Both the position numbers and the translations under genes were made by a program. Shown one piece after another: positions 17,902 through 27,572 of a stretch of DNA of 64,000 nt. The stretch's first letter is position 1. The number at the start of each line of letters is the position of its first letter. Under the pieces are notes generated by a model. It was not told where the DNA came from. It did not search any database and saw nothing but the letters and a program-made list of their open reading frames with translations. Source of the DNA: an uncultured bacterium (GTDB lineage: Bacteria > Patescibacteriota > Dojkabacteria > J137); assembly GCA_963700155.1 (NCBI GenBank), contig OY969472.1:936690-1000689 (forward strand), given 5' to 3'.

Positions 17902-19557
17902 ATGCTTCAGGAAAAAGATTTTACAAAAAATAGATATATCCTTTATGCAAGGAAGTCTTCTGAATCTGAAGATAGACAGGTTGCTTCAATAGCATCACAG
18001 ATTGATGCTATGCAAGAGATTGCAAAGGAGTTGAAAATAAAAATTGTTGAAGTGATGAGCGAATCGAGTTCTGGTTTCCATGTAGGTAGGAATGTCTTTA
18101 ATTCAATGGTTGAAAAGATACATAAAGGCGAGGCAGACGGAATCATTGTCTGGAAACTTTCAAGACTATCAAGGAATCCTGATGATGCTGGAAGAATAAT
18201 GGGTATGTTACAACGGGAAGAAATTAAGCATATAAGGACTGTTGATAGAAACTGGTTTCCTGAAGACAATGTAATGATGATGTATGTTGAGTTCGGCGTA
18301 ACAAATCAGTTCAGCCGAGATTTAAGTGTTGATACAAGTAGAGGTTTATTAAAGAAAGCTCAAAGAGGCTGGTCGCCAATCTCTACTCTTCCTCTTGGTT
18401 ATATGCACAGCCCGTATAAGAAGCTAGGCGATGAAGAAATTATCCCTGACCCTGAAAGATTCGAAATTGTAAAAGAAGGTTTAAAACAAGTTGCTTCAAA
18501 TAGACTTACTCCAATGCAGTCCTTAGATTTTGTTTTAGAAAAAGGTTTAAAAACCAGAAAAGGAAAGCCGATAGGTGAAAGTGTGTGGTATCGAATACTC
18601 ATAAATCCTTTCTTTTATGGAACTTTTGAATTTCCGCAGAAAAGTGGAAGATTTTATGAAGGCAAACATACTCAAGCTATAACTCAAGAAGAATATAATC
18701 AAATTCAACATCAACTCGGCAGGAAGGACAGTCCTAGACCTAAAAAATGGTATTTCCCATACACTGGAATGATGAAATGTGGAGTTTGCGGTTGTTCAAT
18801 AATTGCAGACCCTAAATTTAAACATCAAAAGAATGGGAATGAACATGACTATGTTTATTATAGATGTACTAAAAAACGAGGTAATTGCGACCAGAGAAGC
18901 CTCGAAGTTGATGACTTGGAAATACAGTTCACAGATATAATTTCAAATATACGAGTACCTGATGGCTTCCATGAATGGGCAATGGAAGAGCTTCAAAAAG
19001 ACCATCAAAAGGAAATTGTAGAAAGAGGTGAATCTTATGAGAGAGCAAAGGCAAAATACGAGGAAGTTGTTAAAAAGATTGATGATTTAGTTGAGGGCTA
19101 TTTAGGAAAGAAAATTCCAGAAGAAACTTACGATAGAAAGTTGCCTGAATATCAAAAAGAACAGAATATCTTAAAAGGTATTCTTGATAGCTCAGATTTA
19201 AGAATAAAAGAATGGATTAACAAAGCTGATGAAGTTCTTGATTTTGCAACTAAAGCAAAATATGAATTTGAACATGGCGATGATAAAAAGAGAAAAGAGA
19301 TAGTTTCGTTTCTCGGCTCGAACCTCATTTTAAAAGACAGGATACTTAGCCTAGACTTAAAAAAGCCTCTGGAAGTTATTCAATCTGTTTCTGGGGAATT
19401 AAATGTCATTGCTGAAAAGTTCGAACCTCTCAATAGCTCAAATAGCAAAGAAGAATTTAAAGAATTTCTATCTACAAATGTCACATGGGGTGGAATCTGG
19501 GACGAATTTAAGAACTATTTAATTAATACTACTAGCAATTTTGTCATGAGTACCTAA
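17902..19557 (+). CDS. Large serine recombinase (resolvase/invertase domain, recombinase domain, zinc ribbon).
   Basis: YARKSSESEDRQ...SIASQ (catalytic Ser), LSRLSRN, CGVCGCS...YYRC. Confidence 0.8.
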   Translation: MLQEKDFTKNRYILYARKSSESEDRQVASIASQIDAMQEIAKELKIKIVEVMSESSSGFHVGRNVFNSMVEKIHKGEADGIIVWKLSRLSRNPDDAGRIMGMLQREEIKHIRTVDRNWFPEDNVMMMYVEFGVTNQFSRDLSVDTSRGLLKKAQRGWSPISTLPLGYMHSPYKKLGDEEIIPDPERFEIVKEGLKQVASNRLTPMQSLDFVLEKGLKTRKGKPIGESVWYRILINPFFYGTFEFPQKSGRFYEGKHTQAITQEEYNQIQHQLGRKDSPRPKKWYFPYTGMMKCGVCGCSIIADPKFKHQKNGNEHDYVYYRCTKKRGNCDQRSLEVDDLEIQFTDIISNIRVPDGFHEWAMEELQKDHQKEIVERGESYERAKAKYEEVVKKIDDLVEGYLGKKIPEETYDRKLPEYQKEQNILKGILDSSDLRIKEWINKADEVLDFATKAKYEFEHGDDKKRKEIVSFLGSNLILKDRILSLDLKKPLEVIQSVSGELNVIAEKFEPLNSSNSKEEFKEFLSTNVTWGGIWDEFKNYLINTTSNFVMST

Positions 19558-20292
19558 TATCAAATCTACTTGTTTAATCATCTCACTTGGCTGTAAGGAC
19601 ATGTCTTCAACTATTGAAGCAATGTTCTCAATTTCGTTTTCACAATTAAGAACCTTGAGCGATTCCCTAACGGGGACAGTGTTAAGTATTATGTAAGATT
19701 TCTTAATAGAATCTGTCACCTCCATTTGCAATTTGTTATAATTTTTATATAGTTCTCTTAACTCACAATTACTACAAAGACAGTAATCTATAATACAATC
19801 CCTATATCTTTTTTCCTTAAAACATATTACCCCCATTGCTAGGTATGCCTTACCCATCATATACCAATCTGAAGTTCTCATGCCATCTGAGAGCTGTTTA
19901 TTAAGAAGCCCCCACTCAACATCACTATCACTTGCAGGAGAACCAAATCTTTTAGATAATATGTTTTTAATAGACTGGAATTCTTCTCGGTGCTTTATTA
20001 ACTCATCATATGTACCATTGATTTTTGCCCATTCTAATTCCACTTCATCAGTCTGTAACTTGGTTAATGAAAGTTTCTCTTTTGTGTAAGGATGAGTTCT
20101 ACTATATATGTATTTCCCACAATTAGGACATTTTGTTTTAGCTTTAACTACTTTAACTAAAATTGAAGAACAATAAGGACAGATTTTTTGAGAAGATCTA
20201 ATATAATTATCCCCAAACTCACAAGTATTGGATTTATTGACTTTTTTTGTGGTTGAAAAGATTGTATTGACTATCCTCTTTATAATCGCCAT
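19519..20292 (-). CDS. Hypothetical zinc-ribbon protein (CPYCSS...CPNCGK).
   Basis: ORF with Cys4 motif. Confidence 0.4.
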   Translation of the reverse strand: MAIIKRIVNTIFSTTKKVNKSNTCEFGDNYIRSSQKICPYCSSILVKVVKAKTKCPNCGKYIYSRTHPYTKEKLSLTKLQTDEVELEWAKINGTYDELIKHREEFQSIKNILSKRFGSPASDSDVEWGLLNKQLSDGMRTSDWYMMGKAYLAMGVICFKEKRYRDCIIDYCLCSNCELRELYKNYNKLQMEVTDSIKKSYIILNTVPVRESLKVLNCENEIENIASIVEDMSLQPSEMIKQVDLILGTHDKIASSIN

Positions 20293-20306
20293 TAAACTAT
20301 TATGAA

Positions 20307-20573
20307 TTAATTGATTTTTTTAGAGCACCCTTTTTTAATCTCATCATCAGTAAACCCAAACTTTTTTATTTGTTGAATTATCATTTTAACGTAAAATGGA
20401 CCAACATTAGTTGAAATTATTATAAATGGTGGTTGATTTGAATCTTTTTCAGGAGATTTATTCGGATGAATGAATTTGTAGTTATGTTTACCAGCTCCAA
20501 CATCATTAAACCCCAGATTATATAGTAATGATATTAAATTCTTAAAATTTTTTGGAGGGAACTCTGATTTCAC
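20307..20573 (-). CDS. HicA-like mRNA-interferase toxin (YcfA/HicA family), divergent form.
   Basis: NLISLLYNLGF...GKHNYKFIHPNK parallels the HicA LLE..GW...R..GSHH.F.HP pattern. Confidence 0.4.
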   Translation of the reverse strand: MKSEFPPKNFKNLISLLYNLGFNDVGAGKHNYKFIHPNKSPEKDSNQPPFIIISTNVGPFYVKMIIQQIKKFGFTDDEIKKGCSKKIN

Positions 20574-20968
20574 TTTCCAATATATCTAACCTTCTCCTCA
20601 GTCTTAAATATTTTATTACCTAATCCCTCACTGCCAACAGATACAACATCTCCATTCTTATCTTGGACTACAAAGTCTTTAGCAGAGATTCGCTTATTAT
20701 AATAATGTGGAACATCAAAATACACAAAAAGTGCATCTTTTATCCTGTCAGCTATAGATTGACTGTCCGGAGAAAAAACCATAAAGCCAGGTAATGAATC
20801 AGCAATGAGAGTATAACCTGACTCATCTGAATGTACTTTTAAATCCAAATCTACAGGAATTTTTTTTAAGTTTTCCAAATTTAATTCTGGAGGTCTACTA
20901 CGAATATCGTAGTTGACAATTTCATTTAAATCCCTAATGAGTTTTTTGAGGATGAATTTGTAGTACAT
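20570..20968 (-). CDS. HicB-like antitoxin (UPF0150 / RNase H-like fold).
   Basis: ESGYTLIADSLPGFMVFSPDSQSIADRIKDAL matches the HicB GY.A..P.LPGC...G.T.EEA pattern. Overlaps the HicA-like gene by 4 nt. Confidence 0.4.
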   Translation of the reverse strand: MYYKFILKKLIRDLNEIVNYDIRSRPPELNLENLKKIPVDLDLKVHSDESGYTLIADSLPGFMVFSPDSQSIADRIKDALFVYFDVPHYYNKRISAKDFVVQDKNGDVVSVGSEGLGNKIFKTEEKVRYIGK

Positions 20969-21350
20969 GATATATTTAAATTAAGTTATAGATTATATTA
21001 TTATATTGTTTATATGTCCATCTATTAACGATATTATGTTAGAAGAAGAAATGACCATACTTATAGTATATATTATTTTTGATAAAGTTATAAGAATTTC
21101 AGTTTAATCTTTCAAATTTGATGGTAGGTGATCTATTATTATTTGAGTTTTTTCACATATTTGTTATCTAATTTGGGATTCAAAGGCAAATCTTTTTTAA
21201 GTTGATTGGGAGGCACTTTTTAGCTTAAGAATATCGATTTTACGCTTATTTCGTCAAGAAGTTTAAGTATCGTGTATCTTAACTATACGGTACCTTTTAT
21301 AATTTAGCTATACCCCACTTGTGGATATCCCCTATGATTAAACTAGAATA

Positions 21351-21800
21351 TTAATAAAATATGCTATAAGGTAACCCGATATCCCAAGTCCGACTTTCAT
21401 TATCTTGAGCCTCACAAATGAATCTACTATCACCAGTATTCCCATAAATTGTATCTTCAAAGCAGGTGATGTATCCTAAACTAACATAACCTCCATTGGG
21501 AAAATAAATTTCTGTAAATCTGTCACCGTTACTGGCTACCTCAAGAGTGTAACAGTAATTATCTGGGTCATCATGAGGGTAATAGCAAGCCTTCATGGAT
21601 TTTGATCCAGTAAACTTCATTATTTTACTGGGATACTCGGCACCTATTCCAATAAATCCACCCACAGATTGTGAGTATTCATCGTTGGGATTTTTAAACC
21701 CATTTAATGCGTAGATTATGAAAGCAATTATAACTATAAGTACTATTAGATTGATACAACCACCACCGCTTCTCTGCTGTTCAAATTCATTTTCATTCAT
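21351..21800 (-). CDS. Small membrane/secreted hypothetical protein.
   Basis: ORF with an N-terminal TM segment. Confidence 0.35.
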   Translation of the reverse strand: MNENEFEQQRSGGGCINLIVLIVIIAFIIYALNGFKNPNDEYSQSVGGFIGIGAEYPSKIMKFTGSKSMKACYYPHDDPDNYCYTLEVASNGDRFTEIYFPNGGYVSLGYITCFEDTIYGNTGDSRFICEAQDNESRTWDIGLPYSIFY

Positions 21801-21807
21801 AGATTAC

Positions 21808-22410
21808 TCACTTATATAATTCATAACATTTATTTTCTGCTGAAGTTTTACGGTTATCTAATACACTTGCCTCACTTGTTGAAAGTTTGCAATTCCAACC
21901 ATCCGTTTTTTCATATCCATGAGAATCACAATTAGCACTCCAATCATTTTTATAATCTGTATATGCTTTGTCTAAACAATTGTTCAATGCTAATTTATTA
22001 TTATTTACAACATCATGGGTTGTAGTTGTAGGGTAGTAATCTTTTACTCTATTTATAGCCAAAACAACTGTCAAAGCAATTAGAAAGAAAGCAACAAATG
22101 CAATAATCTTTGTGGAATTAGTATTTGAAGATTTTAAAACTAACCATGCAATTAAACCTGCAATACCTCCAGCAATTGTTCCACTCAGAATATCAAGGTG
22201 ACTTATTTGTGATACCAAAGCTATACAACCAATTACAAATATCCAGGAGAAGAATTTCACTACAGAAGATGTTGTATTATTTACTTCCTTATACTTTTGG
22301 TGGTGATCATTTATATTCTCATTCAAAAATTCTCCACAGAATCTGCACTTTATCGCTGACTCTTTAATTTCCTCACCACAATATGGACAAGATTTATATC
22401 CTAGCTTCAT
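21808..22410 (-). CDS. Zinc-ribbon (CPYCGEEI...CRFCGE) membrane protein.
   Basis: ORF with an N-terminal Cys4 and 2-3 TM segments. Confidence 0.4.
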   Translation of the reverse strand: MKLGYKSCPYCGEEIKESAIKCRFCGEFLNENINDHHQKYKEVNNTTSSVVKFFSWIFVIGCIALVSQISHLDILSGTIAGGIAGLIAWLVLKSSNTNSTKIIAFVAFFLIALTVVLAINRVKDYYPTTTTHDVVNNNKLALNNCLDKAYTDYKNDWSANCDSHGYEKTDGWNCKLSTSEASVLDNRKTSAENKCYELYK

Positions 22411-22464
22411 AATATTGTATTAATATATTGGGATTTTACTACTTTGGAATCCAAATATAAAATA

Positions 22465-22890
22465 TTATTTTTCTCGATTTTTGTCTAAGTCTTTATAACT
22501 TATAGTATTAAGTATAAATTGAGTCCCATCTTCACCAGTTACCTCTTTTCTTTGACTATATAAAGACTTTTGTCGTCGTTCTAAGTATTTCCAAGAATCT
22601 TCTACTGAATTTGAATCTATAACTGCTCTCGCAATATTCTTTTTTGAAGCGATGGCAATGAATTGTTTTGCTCTTTCCATACTCTCTGTAAATTCGTCGG
22701 ATTGTTTCTCCCACTCATAATACGTATCTTTACTTATTCCTGAGTATAGACAAGCCTCTTCGACTGTAAAATCATTTCTAAATGCTTCGGTTAAATCCGA
22801 CATTACCCTTTCAGTTAATTTATATGTTGATTGCATTAGTTCTTTTAAAGTTTTGTTTGGTATTCCGTTCATAATATTAGTTGATAACAA
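22465..22890 (-). CDS. HTH-containing small protein, possibly a phage-type regulator or small terminase-like.
   Basis: TVEEACLYSGISKDTYYEW is HTH-like. Weak. Confidence 0.3.
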   Translation of the reverse strand: MLSTNIMNGIPNKTLKELMQSTYKLTERVMSDLTEAFRNDFTVEEACLYSGISKDTYYEWEKQSDEFTESMERAKQFIAIASKKNIARAVIDSNSVEDSWKYLERRQKSLYSQRKEVTGEDGTQFILNTISYKDLDKNREK

Positions 22891-23000
22891 ATACGTATCA
22901 GATGTATTATATCAACAAATTTTAAACTTGCTAAAACTTAAAACAGAAAATATAATTCATTAATAATTAACACTACAATTCCCTGCTTTCTTTTTAAGTA

Positions 23001-23951
23001 GTGTTAGAAGAAGGCGGGGATTTTTATATGAATATTGAAGTTAAGCACGATGATAATTCATTGTTATTAGAAGATTTGACTGACATTACTAAACTTCTAT
23101 ATCAAGACTTTGGAAACAATAAACTCCCAATCTTTTTTGTAGATGACAGTTACTTAATGAACGAAAAAGAGGAAACAAAAGTACTAACTAAAGAAGAATT
23201 AAAGTTCATTAATATTAACTTGCAAAATAATGAAAAATTTAAAGTTTATAATCTAAAATCTCATTATTCACTCTATTATCTAGTGGATTTTGAAATCATA
23301 ACTAGTTATCAGTCGATTAGGAATTACTTAAACCCTCATGATGATTTTTCATTGAGAACTTTACACGAATTCGGAGGCATTTGCTATTACGTCCAGCCGA
23401 ATATAGTTTTATTAAACTGGGCTAATGGCAATTTAATTAATATACTAACTGCGATATCGAAAATAAAGGGAATAGTTAATGAAATAAAATCTGATAGACA
23501 GTTAAAATACACATATGCAATACCTGATATCCTAGGTAGACATAAGTTTCAGATAATAATTGATAAAAATTCTAATAAAATTCTCTTAAAAGGATTGAGT
23601 GAAAGAATATATGACACAAAACTCATATGCGAAGATCAAAATGGTTTAACAACAAAAAATTGCAGATTACTAGAATATCTACGCTTAAATGTGGGAACAA
23701 CAGATACTTTGATCAAAAGAAAAATTATTGATGAGTTAAAAAAGTACAACGAATTTAAAAAAGATATAAAGACTCTCAGGTTCTACTTTAAGGAAATCCG
23801 TGACGCAATTAAAACAATTTTCCAGTTATCCAATGAGGATTATGCTGAATACTTCTTTGATACAAGCGATAAATTCGACTTAATATTAAAATGCGACATA
23901 ATTTATATTGAAAAACTTATTACACCCACTTACACACCCACTCAGAAATAG
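23001..23951 (+). CDS. Hypothetical protein.
   Basis: ORF only. Confidence 0.4.
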   Translation: MLEEGGDFYMNIEVKHDDNSLLLEDLTDITKLLYQDFGNNKLPIFFVDDSYLMNEKEETKVLTKEELKFININLQNNEKFKVYNLKSHYSLYYLVDFEIITSYQSIRNYLNPHDDFSLRTLHEFGGICYYVQPNIVLLNWANGNLINILTAISKIKGIVNEIKSDRQLKYTYAIPDILGRHKFQIIIDKNSNKILLKGLSERIYDTKLICEDQNGLTTKNCRLLEYLRLNVGTTDTLIKRKIIDELKKYNEFKKDIKTLRFYFKEIRDAIKTIFQLSNEDYAEYFFDTSDKFDLILKCDIIYIEKLITPTYTPTQK

Positions 23952-24055
23952 GCTATAACCTCCTGCAGACTTAATAAAATAGTCGTTCACCCACACTTCC
24001 ACCCACTCATCATTTAAAGATATTATCTACACAATTAATTTATCAAGATTTTACT

Positions 24056-24643
24056 GTGCCTGAATATCTAATTGAACTTGAAAATGAACATAAAAGAAGC
24101 TTATTACTTTTGAATAATATGCTATTCATCAACAAGGCTTTCCCTGAAGGTTCAGAAATACTTCGCAGAAATAAAAGAATCTATGAGCAGGAGATAATTC
24201 AATATAAAAATGATTTGGAAAGATCTGTTCTACAAGCAATTATAGATGAGCTCCCACCCGTACAGGTTAAATTGATTCTCTTGTTCAAATATTTAAATCA
24301 ACGATTTAGAGAACTTAGAAATTGTTTACATTTTATTAATTCACAAATGCCACAAACAAAAAATCTGAATAAAACTAAAACAGATTATATTTCAATAAAA
24401 ATTCAGAGGTCTAAGGAAATAGATATAAGAAAGGTTGTTGAATATTTAGGTTTAGAAGTTAAGTCAAATGATATTTTGAGATGTCCTTTCCACCAAGATA
24501 AAACTCCCTCCTTAAAGTTATATAGAAAAGAAAATCGCTTTAAATGTTATGGATGTAATGCATCAGGTGACTCAATAACTTTTGTTAGAAAATTCCAAAA
24601 CGTTGGATTTTTAGAAGCAATAGATTTTATTAATAAATTATGA
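24056..24643 (+). CDS. DNA primase CHC2-type zinc-finger protein (zinc-binding domain only).
   Basis: CPFHQDKTPSLKLYRKENRFKCYGCNASGDSITFV matches the DnaG/phage-primase CHC2 finger. Confidence 0.6.
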   Translation: MPEYLIELENEHKRSLLLLNNMLFINKAFPEGSEILRRNKRIYEQEIIQYKNDLERSVLQAIIDELPPVQVKLILLFKYLNQRFRELRNCLHFINSQMPQTKNLNKTKTDYISIKIQRSKEIDIRKVVEYLGLEVKSNDILRCPFHQDKTPSLKLYRKENRFKCYGCNASGDSITFVRKFQNVGFLEAIDFINKL

Positions 24644-25692
24644 ATGAGGATAGTTACTTTAAAGAAATCCTAGACGAAATCGGAGAATCAACTGAATTGA
24701 AAACCATTGAGTTAGAAGATGTTACAGAAGAAAACGTTAGTTTCTTAGTTAATCCTTATATAGTGAAAAACGGGATCAATCTGATTACTGCACCACAAAA
24801 AAGTTTGAAAAGCATGATCATTCTTTACTTATGCATATGTACTTTAAAAGGAGATCAGTTTTTAGATCATTTCCCAACCGAAAAGATTAATAAGGTGTTA
24901 TTAATTGATCAAGAAAATAGGAAATCTGCAGTTAAAAACAGAACTATAAGATTAGGTTATGAACCTCAAAATATTACCTTAATAGACCAGTATATTTATT
25001 TCGACAAAGATGAAGAAATTACAAATAAACTTATCTCATTAATTAAGGAGAAAGAAATTGACCTAGTAGTTATAGATACACTAAGAAGAACGAATTCTAA
25101 TCTTGATGAAAATTCAAGCAGGGATGTTAATAAATTTTTTGCAAGAATTCAACCCTTAAAAGATTACGCAACAGTAATAATAATTCATCATGAGACTAAA
25201 CCAACACCAATGAATAAAAATACCTATTACAGAGGTTCTGGAGATATCGTTGGTGCTGTAGATAGTCATATCTCATTGAAGAAAGGTGATACAAACAATG
25301 ATTCAGTAAATCTCACTTTGAAGCATGAAAATGCTAGATATTCTCAAGAGAATGAGCCTATAGAAATTAAATTTAACTTTACTGATAAAAGATTTTCTTT
25401 TACTTATAACGGAGATTCTAAAGAAAACTTCATACAAAAATTAGAAGCAGAGAAACAAGAAAGATTAGAAAATTTGCTTCAATTTATTCAAGATTCTGAA
25501 ACTGAAGGCAGAAACATCAAGGAAATAGAGGAATTTTGTAAAAAGAACTTTAATAAAGGAGAACATACAGCAAAGGAATATCGAGATACTTTATTATTAG
25601 GAGGAGCGATTCAAGAACATACAAAACCTTCAGATAAAAAAACATACTTTATTTATACAGATTTTGCACCTCAGCAGAGCAATATACTATAG
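24640..25692 (+). CDS. RecA-like AAA_25/RepA-type ATPase, a mobile-element replicative helicase-like protein.
   Basis: P-loop-like TAPQKSLKS and a Walker B-like DLVVIDTLRR. Translationally coupled to the primase zinc-finger gene. Confidence 0.45.
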   Translation: MNEDSYFKEILDEIGESTELKTIELEDVTEENVSFLVNPYIVKNGINLITAPQKSLKSMIILYLCICTLKGDQFLDHFPTEKINKVLLIDQENRKSAVKNRTIRLGYEPQNITLIDQYIYFDKDEEITNKLISLIKEKEIDLVVIDTLRRTNSNLDENSSRDVNKFFARIQPLKDYATVIIIHHETKPTPMNKNTYYRGSGDIVGAVDSHISLKKGDTNNDSVNLTLKHENARYSQENEPIEIKFNFTDKRFSFTYNGDSKENFIQKLEAEKQERLENLLQFIQDSETEGRNIKEIEEFCKKNFNKGEHTAKEYRDTLLLGGAIQEHTKPSDKKTYFIYTDFAPQQSNIL

Positions 25693-25842
25693 ATGTGAGG
25701 TGCTGAGGAGAAGAAATATATGTCTGAAGAATCTAAAAAGGAAATAATAGAATTCTTAAAATTATTATCTGATATACTTGCTGATCAAATTAAAAGAGGT
25801 GTTTATGTTTAACTTCTTACTAATTTTATATATAATCTTATT

Positions 25843-25940
25843 GCTATAACAAGTTAATGACGAATTTATTAAACGGGTATCCAGATACATGAGTTCGTCT
25901 CTTGTTATAGCACTGGATGCCCGTTTATTTTTTACTTTTA
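25843..25940 (+). terminator. Interleaved inverted repeats forming a terminator-like hairpin (25871..25884 / 25913..25926 plus T-tract). A second 11-bp inverted repeat (25843..25853 / 25901..25911) overlaps it in A-C-A'-C' order.
   Basis: Seen directly. Lies immediately upstream of the second serine recombinase. Confidence 0.4.
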
Positions 25941-25944
25941 GTTC

Positions 25945-27444
25945 ATGTATAACAATTCATACTTCTTATATTGTCGAAAATCTAGTGAGGATAGTAGACA
26001 GGCTTTATCAATACCTGCTCAACTTAGAGAACTCAAAGAATTTGCAGTTAAAAATGATTTAAGAATCATTAAAACCTTTCAAGAAGAGAAATCAGCACGA
26101 ATACCTAACAAAAGAAAAGAATTTAATGAAATGCTTTATCAAATTAAACAAGGCAAGGCAACTAAAATTTTGTGTTGGCATACAAATAGGCTAAGTAGAA
26201 ACCCTCAGGAATCTGGTGTACTTCAGCAAATGATAACTGATGAAACTATTGAGGAGATAAGAACTCCATTTGAAACAATCACCAAAGACACAAATGATGT
26301 TATGCTCGGTGTGTCTTTCGGTGGCAATTCACAATACTCAAAAGAGTTAAGTTACAACACTAAACGTGGAATGAGAGAAAAAGCCTATCGTGGTGAATGG
26401 TTAACTGGTGCTCCACCCTTTTATATTAACTTTGGAGATAAAAAAGGTTCAAAGAATATAAAACCAGATCCAGAGACTTCAAAATTTTATCTCCCATGGA
26501 TTCGTAGAATTATAAAAGAACGTTTAACCACTCGAGAAGCAACAAGGGTACTTAGGGAACTTGGTGTTCGTGCAAAATCAAATAAATTCTACTCAAGCTC
26601 AATGGTGCAAAGATTATTAAGGAATCCAATGTATTATGGTCTTCTACAATATGGAGATATAGAGAAGATTGGAACTTGGGAACCATTAATTGATAAATGT
26701 ACTTGGGACGATCTTCAAATGGTATTAGACAATAGGACAAAACCATATTTCACAAAGCATAATCATGCATATAGTAAATTAATAAAATGTAGTGATTGTG
26801 GTGGCTTTTTGATCGGTGTTACTAAAACTAAGAAGAGCGGGAAATCTTATACTTATTATTCGGTTAATAAATCAAATCATCCTGAATGTAAATGTCTGCC
26901 AATCAAAGAAATGGATCTTGATGAACTTTTTTGTAATGACATTGAAAAGCTTGAGATGTCAGAAAGTCAGGCTGAAACTATTCGTGAATATACAATCAAA
27001 AGATTAGAAGGAGATAAAACAAGTAATTCATTTGTAAAAATACAATATGACAAAGAAATTGCCGAAGTAAATGAAAATTTAGATGGATTATTAAAATTAA
27101 GACTGGCTGAGGAAATAACAAAAGAAGATTACAAATTAAATAAATCTAAGAATGAAATGAGGCTCTCTGAGCTTGAAGAACTTATCAGAGATTTAAACTT
27201 AAATCGGAGTGAGTTCAGAAATGAGGTGGAACTAATTCTAGAAGATTGTCTGATCGTTAAAAAAGTATTTGAACATGGTAATAATGAAGAAAAACGAAGA
27301 ATTGTACTTCAAATTACACAAGATATTTCATTTGATGGAAATTCGATTCGGTGGAACTTCAAAAAGCCTTATCAGACAATGGTAAAATTCAAAAATGAAC
27401 CTAAAAGTGAAAACTGGGGTGGTCGGTGGGGCTCGAACATTTAG
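25945..27444 (+). CDS. Large serine recombinase (second copy). The last 8 codons are encoded by a tRNA-His-derived 3' fragment.
   Basis: LYCRKSSEDSRQ...IPAQ, HTNRLSRN. The 3' end overlaps tRNA-like sequence ggtggtcggtggggctcgaac. Confidence 0.8.
   Translation: MYNNSYFLYCRKSSEDSRQALSIPAQLRELKEFAVKNDLRIIKTFQEEKSARIPNKRKEFNEMLYQIKQGKATKILCWHTNRLSRNPQESGVLQQMITDETIEEIRTPFETITKDTNDVMLGVSFGGNSQYSKELSYNTKRGMREKAYRGEWLTGAPPFYINFGDKKGSKNIKPDPETSKFYLPWIRRIIKERLTTREATRVLRELGVRAKSNKFYSSSMVQRLLRNPMYYGLLQYGDIEKIGTWEPLIDKCTWDDLQMVLDNRTKPYFTKHNHAYSKLIKCSDCGGFLIGVTKTKKSGKSYTYYSVNKSNHPECKCLPIKEMDLDELFCNDIEKLEMSESQAETIREYTIKRLEGDKTSNSFVKIQYDKEIAEVNENLDGLLKLRLAEEITKEDYKLNKSKNEMRLSELEELIRDLNLNRSEFRNEVELILEDCLIVKKVFEHGNNEEKRRIVLQITQDISFDGNSIRWNFKKPYQTMVKFKNEPKSENWGGRWGSNI
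27417..27438 (-). pseudogene. 3' fragment of a tRNA-His paralog: T-loop TTCGAGC, T-stem CCCAC, acceptor 3' strand CGACCAC, discriminator C, CC.
   Basis: The acceptor 3' strand is exactly complementary to the 5' fragment at 27573..27623. It lies within the recombinase C-terminus. Confidence 0.5.
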
Positions 27445-27462
27445 AGATGGCATATCCTGTTA

Positions 27463-27538
27463 GGGGTGGACAGTGGGGCTCGAACCCACGACAACTCGCT
27501 CCACAGGCGAGCGCTCTACCAACTGAGCTATGTCCACC
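27463..27538 (-). tRNA. tRNA-His (anticodon GTG) with a genomically encoded G-1 and no encoded CCA.
   Basis: Manual fold: G-1, acceptor GTGGACA/TGTCCAC, D arm GCTC-AGTTGGTA-GAGC, anticodon loop CTGTGGA, T arm GTGGG-TTCGAGC-CCCAC, discriminator C. Confidence 0.85.
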
Positions 27539-27572
27539 CCTAACAGGACATTAAGTACTAATAACTTTTATT

